Positions 44,655 to 53,439 of a DNA stretch of 56,176 nt are shown piece after piece. The stretch's first letter is position 1. The number at the start of each line of letters is the position of its first letter. The DNA is from a virus (taxonomy: Duplodnaviria; Caudoviricetes). Where the stretch lies: IMG/VR virus record IMGVR_UViG_3300036976_000004, positions 1 through 56,176 of that record. One strand, 5' to 3'. The notes under the pieces were generated by a model. The model ran no database searches and was not told the origin of the DNA. It saw only the letters and a list, made by a program, of their open reading frames with translations. Both the position numbers and the translations under genes were made by a program.

Positions 44655-45941
44655 TTATATACTTTTACTTTGTTCAACGATATCAGTTGAGATTTTACCA
44701 AGCAGTGTTTTAACTCTGGTTAATATCGCTTTCGCTTCGTCAGATTTAACCTCCGGTAATTCATAATTAAGTAAATCTTGCGATAACTTAGCAAGTTTTT
44801 GTTTATCCGGTGCTAATCTTGCAGCTTTTTCGGCTTTTCTTTGCTCTGCTTCGATTCGTTTACGTTCTGCCTCTTCTGCATCCTTTTTTGCTTTTTCTTC
44901 TGCTAAACGTTTTCTTTCGGCTTCTTCTTTAGCTTTTAATTCAGCTTCAATCTTTTCACGCTTAATCCTTTCTTCACGTTCAATTCTTTCTCTTTCTTCT
45001 CGTTCAGCTTTTAATTTAGCCTCATACGCTTCTCTTTCTTTTCTTTCCTTTTCCTCACGTACTTTTCTCTCAGCTTCGGCTTTAGCTTTGCGTTCTTGTT
45101 CTTCCTTCTCAGCTTGTAATTTACGGGCTTTTTCTTCCTCTAATCGTTTACGCTCTTTTTCTTCCGCTTCTTTCTTTAGCCTCTCATTTTCAATCCTGAT
45201 CTTTTCTTGTTCAGCTTCATAAGCTTTTTTAGCTTCGATAAGAGAATTCAACAATGATTTATAATCATTATCAGGCATGTTGCGTAGGTCATTCGATTCA
45301 GTGATAAATTGAGCGTATGGAGCTAGTTCTAAACGTCTTTCTTGCTCAATCTTATTAAGGCGTTCATTTTCTTTTCTTTCTTCCTCTGCTTTTTTCTCTG
45401 CCTCGATTTTATCATTGTGAGTTTTTTCTAAACCCTGTAACATTACATCAAACATAGAATCTGATAACCCTTCAATTTCTACTCTATTAATCTCAGGATT
45501 GAATTTTGAAACTTTTTCTAATCGTAATTGAATAACTAATTCTCTTTGCTCTGCTTCGTGACGTTTAACAAAATCAGCTTTGAATTTAGCTTTTTCTTCG
45601 ATAGCTTTAAATTTAATCTGCATGATTTGCTTTGATTTAAGCCATAAAGAATCCTCTAATTTATAGTCTCGCATTTGAGCTTGCACCTCTGATCTTTTTG
45701 CGTCGAAAAGTTTTTCTGCATTTAATCTAGCTGTTTTAGCGTTCTTGCGTGCTGCATCAGCTAAATTAATACTCATAGTATCGTTTACATCTTTTACTAC
45801 GATTTCATCAACTTGTTTTTCCCATTCAGATGTTCCGGTGAAAATCTGATTTAAAACGTCTTTTACTTCTTGCTGTTTTTCTTCTGATACCTGAACAGCT
45901 AGGTTGTTTACTTCTTCTGGTATTACAATTAATTCACTCAT
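44655..45941 (-). CDS. Long charged coiled-coil protein
   Basis: E/K/R/A-rich heptads; LAPDKQKL C-terminal motif. Confidence 0.7.
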   Translation of the reverse strand: MSELIVIPEEVNNLAVQVSEEKQQEVKDVLNQIFTGTSEWEKQVDEIVVKDVNDTMSINLADAARKNAKTARLNAEKLFDAKRSEVQAQMRDYKLEDSLWLKSKQIMQIKFKAIEEKAKFKADFVKRHEAEQRELVIQLRLEKVSKFNPEINRVEIEGLSDSMFDVMLQGLEKTHNDKIEAEKKAEEERKENERLNKIEQERRLELAPYAQFITESNDLRNMPDNDYKSLLNSLIEAKKAYEAEQEKIRIENERLKKEAEEKERKRLEEEKARKLQAEKEEQERKAKAEAERKVREEKERKEREAYEAKLKAEREERERIEREERIKREKIEAELKAKEEAERKRLAEEKAKKDAEEAERKRIEAEQRKAEKAARLAPDKQKLAKLSQDLLNYELPEVKSDEAKAILTRVKTLLGKISTDIVEQSKSI

Positions 45942-46005
45942 TTTTATTTTTGTTTTTGATTGTGATTACAAATATATGTTACTTATTATTAAGAATCAAT
46001 ATAAA

Positions 46006-46941
46006 TTAGAATAACTCAGGTAAAGATAATTTTACTTGTGCAAAAATAAAATGCTGCAATGTTTTATAATTAATAGTAGGGTTTTTAAATTCCTTAACAA
46101 AATTCCAACTCTCTTCCCTTACAACATCATAATAAACTGTATTTAATAGTCTTGGTATTTGTTTACTGTTAAATCCACCTTTATCAATTTCAATCTTAGC
46201 TTTCACTTTTTCGCAAAGTGCTGTAGTTACATATTTCTTTGCAATTTCTTCTTCTACCATCTTTTTACCTTCAACTTTTGGAGTACCCATTACTTTAGAA
46301 TGTCTTTCTTTAAATTCAGCAGTAACTATTTTAGCCCATGTTTGTCTACCGTATTTATTGAAGAAATCATAATTTTTAATTACAATACCTTCACCAGTCC
46401 CTTTACCGTCTTGAATTAAGAATACATTCTTTTCAAGCTGATTAATGAATTGCTCATAGCTTGCACGCTCAATTATAGCTAATGGTGGTATGTAATCAAT
46501 ATTATGTTTCTCTAGTAATGGTTTGTATTCGTGGTAATGTAAGTATTTGTGCTGACTATCTCCTTCATGTTTAATTTCGCTTTCATCTTTATCTATAGCA
46601 ACATCAAATACATAGAAATGCCTCCAAGAATCTTCTCTATATGTTTTTAAACTATGAGGGACTAACCATTCACCGAACAATCTATGCGTAGGATTCTCTT
46701 TTAGATAAGCTATTAAATTATCTTGCTCTTTAGCCCATTTACAAAAACCTGCATTATCATTTTCAATAGTTAAATGCCTTTTACGGCTCCCGGCTTGTAA
46801 TTCTCCGTTTTCATCAATCCAAATACTAGCATTTGTTCCGTCGATTTTAGGGAAAATATAACATTCACCTAATTCAATGTTTTCTACTTCGGTAGTGCCG
46901 AATCTTTCAATGTGTTGATACTTTTTAAATTCTTTTCTCAT
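46006..46941 (-). CDS. ATP-dependent RNA ligase family protein
   Basis: KIDGTN motif I; FGEW, FYVFD, EGIVIK and AKIV motifs. Confidence 0.75.
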   Translation of the reverse strand: MRKEFKKYQHIERFGTTEVENIELGECYIFPKIDGTNASIWIDENGELQAGSRKRHLTIENDNAGFCKWAKEQDNLIAYLKENPTHRLFGEWLVPHSLKTYREDSWRHFYVFDVAIDKDESEIKHEGDSQHKYLHYHEYKPLLEKHNIDYIPPLAIIERASYEQFINQLEKNVFLIQDGKGTGEGIVIKNYDFFNKYGRQTWAKIVTAEFKERHSKVMGTPKVEGKKMVEEEIAKKYVTTALCEKVKAKIEIDKGGFNSKQIPRLLNTVYYDVVREESWNFVKEFKNPTINYKTLQHFIFAQVKLSLPELF

Positions 46942-46952
46942 TTTATTTGATT

Positions 46953-47162
46953 TTAAAATAACTCAGGATATTCAATATCTATAGCTATGTATTTATTCTT
47001 ATTACTTATTTTATTCTTTTTCTGATTAGAAAATAATACTAAAGTACGATATGAATAAGACAATAATTGAACGTGTCCGGCATTATATTTAAATCCCTTC
47101 TTTTCCCACCGTTTAATTATACGGTTCTTAAATCTTTGTTCGGATAAATACCAGACTTTCAT
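46953..47162 (-). CDS. Hypothetical protein
   Basis: Operon member. Confidence 0.45.
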   Translation of the reverse strand: MKVWYLSEQRFKNRIIKRWEKKGFKYNAGHVQLLSYSYRTLVLFSNQKKNKISNKNKYIAIDIEYPELF

Positions 47163-47164
47163 TT

Positions 47165-47341
47165 TTATCTGTTTGGATAGTATCTATTATGTTCTTTCTT
47201 GCAAAATACATGCATTGCGTTAGCTGTAAATGCACTCATGTAATTCTTTTGTTGCTCTTTTGTTAATTGTTCTATTTCGTTTTTCTTAAGCTCTTTAAAT
47301 TTACCGTCTTTAATCCAAGGATTCTTTGTACTGAATAACAT
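47165..47341 (-). CDS. 58-aa protein resembling the capsid N-terminus (not in ORF track)
   Basis: WIKDGKFKELKKNEIEQLTKEQQKNY vs capsid WMQDGKFKELTADEIKGLTPEQLGEY: 15/26 identical, ungapped. Confidence 0.65.
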   Translation of the reverse strand: MLFSTKNPWIKDGKFKELKKNEIEQLTKEQQKNYMSAFTANAMHVFCKKEHNRYYPNR

Positions 47342-47498
47342 AATTATTTAACCCTTCCCTTATTTTAATTATTTCTCTCTTGTTTAATTCGCTGATTTCA
47401 GAACGTGAAAAAAGGGATAATATTTTAATGTGATTGTGAAAAATAAATCCCTCTTTTCTTTTCTGTTTTAAATACGTATATAGTTGATTGTTAATCAT
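47310..47498 (-). CDS. Hypothetical protein
   Basis: Operon member after SSB. Confidence 0.45.
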   Translation of the reverse strand: MINNQLYTYLKQKRKEGFIFHNHIKILSLFSRSEISELNKREIIKIREGLNNYVIQYKESLD

Positions 47499-47501
47499 TT
47501 A

Positions 47502-47843
47502 TCAGAAGGGTAAATCTGAGTCTTCATCTGGTTCAGGCGGCAAATTATCCATCTGTGGTTGGCTGGATTGTACTCCTCCCATTTTGTCAATCTTCCACAT
47601 CTTTACATCTGTATACCACTTCTGATTATACTCCCTGGATTCAATGTTGATCCCGACTTTTACAGATTCACCAGAATTAAGAGATTTTATAACATCTACT
47701 TTGTTACCCCAAGCACAAATACATATCTTTTTTGGATATTGCTCTTCTGTTTCAATCACAAATTCAATCTTCTTCCATTCTCCGTTTTGTCCTTGCCCGG
47801 TTACTTCCGGCAAGACTTTTAATACTTTTCCTGTTACTTCCAT
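47502..47843 (-). CDS. Single-stranded DNA-binding protein (DUF3127)
   Basis: EWKK.EFVIET..QYPKK, ESREYNQKWYT, acidic tail DLPF. Confidence 0.85.
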   Translation of the reverse strand: MEVTGKVLKVLPEVTGQGQNGEWKKIEFVIETEEQYPKKICICAWGNKVDVIKSLNSGESVKVGINIESREYNQKWYTDVKMWKIDKMGGVQSSQPQMDNLPPEPDEDSDLPF

Positions 47844-48070
47844 TATTTACTTATTAAAATTCCGTGCTTTGTTTCTTTTCTCGTAAATGATACATACTTT
47901 CTTCCTCTAAGGTTAAGCAATCTTTTATGTAATGCTTCAACTTCAATATGCACGTTGTCTAGTTCATCGTTAACTAATACGAATAAACTATCAATGTAGA
48001 ACGGGCTTTGAATAATGTTAAAGCAATTGATAATAGTTTGGTTAACCTTTCCTATCTTATCCTTTCTCAT
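47843..48070 (-). CDS. Hypothetical protein
   Basis: Coupled ORF. Confidence 0.45.
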   Translation of the reverse strand: MRKDKIGKVNQTIINCFNIIQSPFYIDSLFVLVNDELDNVHIEVEALHKRLLNLRGRKYVSFTRKETKHGILISK

Positions 48071-48305
48071 ATAAGCTTTCTTTTTTGTCGATGCATTTAT
48101 ATGTAATTCTTTCTTCTTCTCTTAATTCGCTTAATTTACGTCTGATTGTGTCGGGGTGTACAGTTTTTCCATACGCAATCCTGATACGCCACCCAAAACC
48201 GTATAAATCGCTACATACTTCTTCTACTACATCATGTAGGTAGAATCTGTTATGAATTTTATCCCAAACTTTGATAATTGTTCTCTTTACTGCTTCGTGT
48301 TTCAT
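48057..48305 (-). CDS. Winged-helix-like hypothetical protein
   Basis: PDTIRRKLSELRE motif; first gene of leftward operon. Confidence 0.55.
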   Translation of the reverse strand: MKHEAVKRTIIKVWDKIHNRFYLHDVVEEVCSDLYGFGWRIRIAYGKTVHPDTIRRKLSELREEERITYKCIDKKESLYEKG

Positions 48306-48407
48306 AATATTTTGTTTTGATTTAAAGCAAAATTAATAAATAAAATAATACAAAACTAATTATAGCTTTATTTGTATGGATTCTAAATAAAACCTTATCT
48401 TTGTAGT

Positions 48408-48471
48408 GACTCTTCTTTCATTTCATTTTGTTTTTATACCTCGGCTGGATTAATTTTCAGTCGAGGTTTTT
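48408..48471 (+). ncRNA. Candidate late small RNA (~64 nt)
   Basis: Gap-7 promoter (box 48370-48388, tatctttg 48396-48403), no ORF, terminator 48438-48471. Confidence 0.6.
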
Positions 48472-48509
48472 ATTTATATTGATTCTTAATAATAATGTTA
48501 GTATGTTTG
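48472..48509 (+). promoter_or_regulatory. Gap-11 promoter heading cassette locus E
   Basis: atttatattgattcttaat 48472-48490; tatgtttg 48502-48509. Confidence 0.7.
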
Positions 48510-48637
48510 TAATGTTTTACAACGGATAGTAATATGACCTGTGCGACAATTACGCACGAGCTACACTTGAATAAACGCAATTATGCACCTTGCGCTATTC
48601 ATTTTATTTATTGTTGTGGTGCGTTAATTTAAAAACA

Positions 48638-48850
48638 ATGGAAACTTTTAGATGGAAAACAGATTACTACCACGCTGACAATAATACAACGATGTTAGAA
48701 TACTTAGATTTATTTTTGCCAGAAGATGCTATTGAAATTATGGTTGATGGCACTTACGCTGAAATAGAAAGAGACGGTGTTAAATATGCAGTACACGCAA
48801 GTGGTGACGGTGATTCATTCAACCATAAAGTTGAGTTTGAGGAACTATAA
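48638..48850 (+). CDS. Acidic hypothetical protein (cassette cargo)
   Basis: ATG 48638 after aaaaaca; stop abuts GCACCACAAC. Confidence 0.65.
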   Translation: METFRWKTDYYHADNNTTMLEYLDLFLPEDAIEIMVDGTYAEIERDGVKYAVHASGDGDSFNHKVEFEEL

Positions 48851-49005
48851 TGCACCACAACGTTAAATATATGGCAAGTTGGGTATTAAGATGTGCTACC
48901 CTATCGAGCCACAACAAAGTAAATTAACAGCACAAATATTGCAAACTGGCACACGCCCCCAATTTGCTATATACATTGTTATAGGGCGTTTTTAATACTA
49001 AAACA

Positions 49006-49326
49006 ATGATTAATTATAACACAGAATTTCTGATTAGAGTAAAGGTAAACGACTTTTATCCTAGCAATTGGTACACTTACCGCACAGAGCGAAAAATAAT
49101 AGGTTTTATTACAAGAAAAGCAGGGATTTACAGAGAGGTATTTGAAGACTATTTAGGTGAAAAAGTGCCAAAAAACCATACTTTAAAAGATGGTGTTGTT
49201 TATGAAAACCCTGAATGTATATTATGCTATGCTGACGGAAGCGAAAAAACCTATTATTTTGACAATAAAAGTGATGCCGTTGAATTTGGAGCAAAGTTTA
49301 CCGTTGGTGATAAATGGGTGAATTAA
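49006..49326 (+). CDS. Hypothetical protein (cassette cargo)
   Basis: Bounded by complementary cores. Confidence 0.65.
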   Translation: MINYNTEFLIRVKVNDFYPSNWYTYRTERKIIGFITRKAGIYREVFEDYLGEKVPKNHTLKDGVVYENPECILCYADGSEKTYYFDNKSDAVEFGAKFTVGDKWVN

Positions 49327-49420
49327 ATGCCCTATAACTAAACATAGATATGAAAAGTTATTTCAATTTTTTATATCTCAAGTTGTAAAATCTTTATTTA
49401 AACGAAAAAAATATAATATT

Positions 49421-49675
49421 ATGAAGAATTATTTAAAATTAGCGATGTCTTTTTTAATTTTATCAGGGTTGTTAACATTATCAACTATTGTAATTAAAAA
49501 TGATATAGATAAATATACTGATAAGTATAAAAATAAAGTTGGTGATAAGATTGTTTTTAAATCCGATACATTAATGATAATTGATTATTCCATAATCAAA
49601 AATACATTCACTTTGGATAATGGTAAAGAGATTAGTTTTTACTTGGTATATCAATTAAATATTGTTGATGAATAG
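49421..49675 (+). CDS. Membrane-anchored hypothetical protein
   Basis: N-terminal TM. Confidence 0.55.
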   Translation: MKNYLKLAMSFLILSGLLTLSTIVIKNDIDKYTDKYKNKVGDKIVFKSDTLMIIDYSIIKNTFTLDNGKEISFYLVYQLNIVDE

Positions 49676-49762
49676 CTATCTAAAATCATTATAAATTAAC
49701 ACTTTTATTTGGTTGTGTTAAAATAATTATTATCTTAGCATTCAATTTAAAAACAGAACATT

Positions 49763-50035
49763 ATGGATAAATACAGACATTTAATCGAAAGTTCAGAGTA
49801 TGAAGTAATGGAGTTTGACGAATATACTGTACTATGTTATGAGTTACTTCCAGAAGTACAAGAAAACAATATGTACCCTGCTGGTAGTCGATATGCTGAA
49901 ATACGTCAGATATTATCTTATGACTATGAGCAAAGTAGGTGGATTAAAGCGACCGAAGACCCTTGTGAGCTTGCAGGATATCCAATGAATTACTATGATT
50001 TAAAACTAAATAACAGACTAGGAGGGATACAATAA
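49763..50035 (+). CDS. Hypothetical protein
   Basis: First gene after canonical promoter ~49708-49739. Confidence 0.55.
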   Translation: MDKYRHLIESSEYEVMEFDEYTVLCYELLPEVQENNMYPAGSRYAEIRQILSYDYEQSRWIKATEDPCELAGYPMNYYDLKLNNRLGGIQ

Positions 50036-50337
50036 TGATTACAACTATTAATTTACAAAAAGGATTCAATATTGATGCTGAATTACATTATGAATCATAT
50101 GATTTGATTAAGTTAATCGTAGCTTGGGATGTTGAAGTATTCAAGCAAGAGCAAGTAGCCGATATTGCAATTAAAGTCGATTCTATGACTTTAGAATTTG
50201 AATACGACGGTGTACCAGGATATGTGATTTTAGATAAAAATATTGAAGCTATATTAGGTGAATTTAACCCAATAGTAAACATCCACCCACAACAAGTACA
50301 ATTTTATCCAGATAATACAAGTAAGGTATGGTTTTAA
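50035..50337 (+). CDS. Hypothetical protein
   Basis: TAATG coupling. Confidence 0.55.
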   Translation: MITTINLQKGFNIDAELHYESYDLIKLIVAWDVEVFKQEQVADIAIKVDSMTLEFEYDGVPGYVILDKNIEAILGEFNPIVNIHPQQVQFYPDNTSKVWF

Positions 50338-50582
50338 AAGAAAGATTATTATCAAAAGCAAAAGAACTAGGGGTGTCAGAATTATCTATAGCACTAGCTA
50401 TTTACCCTAAACATATGGCTAATTATATTGATAAAGATTCTGATAAGAGAATAGTAAGATTTAACGCCTTACAAAGTCTTAGACTAGTTTATAGAGGTAT
50501 AACAGAATTAAAAGCATCTCAAATTATCGCATTGAGTGAATTACTTAATGTTAGTACTGATTATATATTGAAAGGAGAATAA
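50328..50582 (+). CDS. XRE-like HTH transcription regulator
   Basis: LKERL...and IIALSELLNVSTDYIL motifs. Confidence 0.65.
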   Translation: MVLKERLLSKAKELGVSELSIALAIYPKHMANYIDKDSDKRIVRFNALQSLRLVYRGITELKASQIIALSELLNVSTDYILKGE

Positions 50583-50584
50583 AG

Positions 50585-51211
50585 ATGGGAACCTATAAAA
50601 CATTATCGTCAATAGACGTTAACAATAAAACCGAAAAGAAGAACGGATTAATATATTTATCATGGGCTTATGCATGGGGGGAGACTAAAAAGAAATATCC
50701 AGAAGCTAAATATGAGATTCTTAAAAATGAACAAGGATTACCATATTTTGAAAGTGAGTTAGGTTATATGTGTTTTACAAAAGTAACTATAGATAATGAG
50801 ACTCACGAAATGTGGCTTCCTGTTATGGATGGGGCTAATAAAGCTATGAAAAAAGAATCTTATACTTATAAAGTAAAGGATTGGAACGAATCAAGGGCAC
50901 AGGGTAAAGATGTCTATAAAGATAAAACAGTTGAAGCGGCTACAATGTTTGACGTTAATAAAACTGTTATGCGTTGCTTAGTTAAGAATTTAGCTATGTT
51001 TGGTTTAGGGCTTTACATTTATGCTGGTGAAGATTTGCCAGAAGTTCAGGAATCAACATTAGAAGAAGCTTTATCAGATGTTAAAGCAGTGAAAACAGAA
51101 GCGGAGAGAGGTTCGGTTTGGTCACAACATAAACACTTACAATCTAATGAAGAATTTGTTACTGCAATTAAAAAGAAAGCTAAAGAAATAAAAGAAAATG
51201 AAACGAAGTAA
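50585..51211 (+). CDS. Sak3/DUF1071-type single-strand annealing protein
   Basis: YLSWAYAW, MWLPVMD and NKT.MRCLVKNLAMFGLGLYIYAGEDLP motifs. Confidence 0.85.
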   Translation: MGTYKTLSSIDVNNKTEKKNGLIYLSWAYAWGETKKKYPEAKYEILKNEQGLPYFESELGYMCFTKVTIDNETHEMWLPVMDGANKAMKKESYTYKVKDWNESRAQGKDVYKDKTVEAATMFDVNKTVMRCLVKNLAMFGLGLYIYAGEDLPEVQESTLEEALSDVKAVKTEAERGSVWSQHKHLQSNEEFVTAIKKKAKEIKENETK

Positions 51212-51680
51212 AGACATGTTCATGGAAGAACGAGAAAACGAACAAGAAAGAAAAGATTTTTTTGAACCTAAATCTAATCTAAAAGAAATTGACTTTAAAA
51301 CTGAAATATCAGAAATGATAGCCAGAGTAGAAGAAGGTTATGAAAATGAGTTAGAAATCTATTGTCTCTTGGATGATCTGCAAAAAAGCATTGAAGCCGC
51401 TAAAGAGAGAATTAAAGTAGCTGCTATTGCTGTGCGCGAAAAATATCCTGAGAAAACTTTAGAAAAGTTTGGAAAGAAAATTTCTATAACTTCCGGTGGT
51501 CGATATGATTACAAAACTAATGATGAATGGAAATCGTTAGATAGTAAACGTAAAGAAGTTGAGAAGAATATGAAAACTGCTTATGACATGTATAAACAAG
51601 GTAAGGAATTAGTTATAGATGGTGAAATTATACCTCCTGCCGAGTTTAAACCAAGTAAGCAATCATTAAGATTAGGATAA
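51198..51680 (+). CDS. Conserved hypothetical recombination-module protein
   Basis: RYDY...EW..L and GEII.PA motifs; follows Sak. Confidence 0.65.
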   Translation: MKRSKDMFMEERENEQERKDFFEPKSNLKEIDFKTEISEMIARVEEGYENELEIYCLLDDLQKSIEAAKERIKVAAIAVREKYPEKTLEKFGKKISITSGGRYDYKTNDEWKSLDSKRKEVEKNMKTAYDMYKQGKELVIDGEIIPPAEFKPSKQSLRLG

Positions 51681-51792
51681 TGAAAAAGATTCTAAAACTA
51701 TCTATTGCCGCGATATCATTTTTCGCGGCTTTAGAAATATTCTTCTTGATAATTGGTTATATTTCATTATATTTACGTGAACAAATAATATT

Positions 51793-51999
51793 ATGGCAGC
51801 TTACGTAAATGAATATGGTTATTTATTTGATGGTGATGATATAATTATAGGGTTTTCATCTTGTCTATATGAAAATAAATCAGGTGAATTGAAAGATGTA
51901 GTTATATTTGTAACAATATATAACCATCCAACACGAGAAGAATTTTCGAGAATACTAAAAGATGATGTAGTAATTATACCTGATTTAAGTCTGAACTAA
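51793..51999 (+). CDS. Hypothetical protein
   Basis: TAATG coupling to next gene. Confidence 0.45.
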   Translation: MAAYVNEYGYLFDGDDIIIGFSSCLYENKSGELKDVVIFVTIYNHPTREEFSRILKDDVVIIPDLSLN

Positions 52000-52484
52000 T
52001 GAAAGATAAGGATTATAACGAACTTTTAGAATTTCAACATGTAGGTGGTGGATTAATTCCGGTTAACCCTAAAGCTATTGAATTACTAGAACACTCAAGA
52101 AAAGGTGAGATAATTCAGTTTAAAGAAATAACAGCGAGAGATTTGAAATTCCATAAATGCTACATGTCTTTACTTGGGTTTATTTATGACTATCTACCTA
52201 CAGGATTCAGAAACAGAATATCTAAAGATAGATTTTACATATTTTTAAAGAAATTGCAGGGATTATACACTGTTGAACACACATTCAAAGATGGAACTGA
52301 GATGATAAAATATCATTCAATATCATTTGGGAATATGTCTCAGAAAAAGTTTGAGGAATATGTGAAAAATCAATTACCATTTATCTATGAAGAAGTGATA
52401 AGAGTATTCTTTGATGGAGACATAGCAAACGGAATAATTGATACTATAGAAGAAGAGTATAAGAAGTTTATGAGTAAATTGTAA
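51999..52484 (+). CDS. DUF1367/NinB-like protein
   Basis: R.LKFHK and SISFGNMSQ..FE motifs. Confidence 0.6.
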   Translation: MKDKDYNELLEFQHVGGGLIPVNPKAIELLEHSRKGEIIQFKEITARDLKFHKCYMSLLGFIYDYLPTGFRNRISKDRFYIFLKKLQGLYTVEHTFKDGTEMIKYHSISFGNMSQKKFEEYVKNQLPFIYEEVIRVFFDGDIANGIIDTIEEEYKKFMSKL

Positions 52485-52489
52485 TAATG

Positions 52490-52875
52490 TTTTACAACGG
52501 TTTGGCTATGTGTTGTTGCCAAACGATAAACTTTCAAAACAACACTAAACCTTGACGGCAATAACATATAGCTGTTATTACCGCCAGTTAATTTTAAATT
52601 AAATGACTGTTAAGCAACTTATAAAAGAACTTGAAAAAATGCCACAAAACGCAAAAGTTTATTATCAGGACTTTGACGCAGGAGAATTTGAAATATCATC
52701 TTCCCCGTCTTATGTGTGGATAGTTGACTTTAACAAAGCTACCGACTATGAAAACAAAATGCAAAACGACTTTAAAATGAAAGGAAAGGTTGTTTGTATT
52801 CACGCTTAATTGGCGGTAACAGTAAAAAGATATGAATAGTACGAAGTATTATTTATATCTTAAGTTGTAAAATCG
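52490..52875 (+). mobile_element. Integron-like cassette locus F (one cassette)
   Basis: Opens TTTTACAAC 52490; TTACCGCCA(52578)/TGGCGGTAAC(52820); closes GTTGTAAAATCG 52864. Confidence 0.8.
52603..52809 (+). CDS. Hypothetical protein (cassette cargo)
   Basis: MTVKQLIKELEKMPQNAKV motif. Confidence 0.65.
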   Translation: MTVKQLIKELEKMPQNAKVYYQDFDAGEFEISSSPSYVWIVDFNKATDYENKMQNDFKMKGKVVCIHA

Positions 52876-52882
52876 TTAATTA

Positions 52883-53131
52883 TTGATTATGGTAAAATAC
52901 AAGAAAATATATCTAAAGTATTTTAATTACATCGAATCTGATTTTATACCGTGTGAAGTATGCGGAAGTAAAGCAGTAGATATACATCACATAAAATACA
53001 AATCTAGAGGTGGTAAAGACGAAATAAGTAATCTTATAGCTCTATGTAGGTATTGCCATAATAAAGCCCATAATGAGCAGTTAAAAGAGCAAGAATTAAC
53101 AGAAATACATTCTGAATGGTTGAAGAAATAA
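52883..53131 (+). CDS. HNH endonuclease
   Basis: CEVCG, DIHHI and NLIALCRYCHNKAH motifs. Confidence 0.85.
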   Translation: MIMVKYKKIYLKYFNYIESDFIPCEVCGSKAVDIHHIKYKSRGGKDEISNLIALCRYCHNKAHNEQLKEQELTEIHSEWLKK

Positions 53132-53439
53132 TAATCAAAGATTTACCTAAAATTAGTTTAAATGAGTGGTATGCAGGTAAGCATTGGACGTTTAGAAAAA
53201 AAATAAAAGATACATACAAATTATTAATAAGAAGAGCTAAATTATCAGGTAAATATAAAGTTGAATACGAGTTTCATTTTAAAAGTAGGCCATTAGATTG
53301 TACTAATACTATTGCTATGGTTAAGATGATTGAAGATATACTTTTTGAAAATGATGATTATAAACATATATTGGAAGTATCCTTGAGAAGCGTTAAAGAT
53401 ACCTCCGAATATGTTAATATTATAATAAAACCTAGCTAA
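53116..53439 (+). CDS. RusA-like Holliday junction resolvase
   Basis: ISLN, D..N....K...D and DD motifs. Confidence 0.6.
   Translation: MVEEIIIKDLPKISLNEWYAGKHWTFRKKIKDTYKLLIRRAKLSGKYKVEYEFHFKSRPLDCTNTIAMVKMIEDILFENDDYKHILEVSLRSVKDTSEYVNIIIKPS

Larger units (their letters stand above)
48515..49392 (+). mobile_element. Integron-like cassette locus E (two cassettes)
   Basis: Opens TTTTACAAC 48515; GTTGTGGTGC(48613)/GCACCACAAC(48861); GTTATAGGGC(48978)/GCCCTATAAC(49338); closes GTTGTAAAATC 49382. Confidence 0.85.

Noticed and set aside
50328-50582. Lysogeny module
   Set aside because: An XRE-like HTH is present, but no integrase, partition genes or divergent cI/cro switch was recognised
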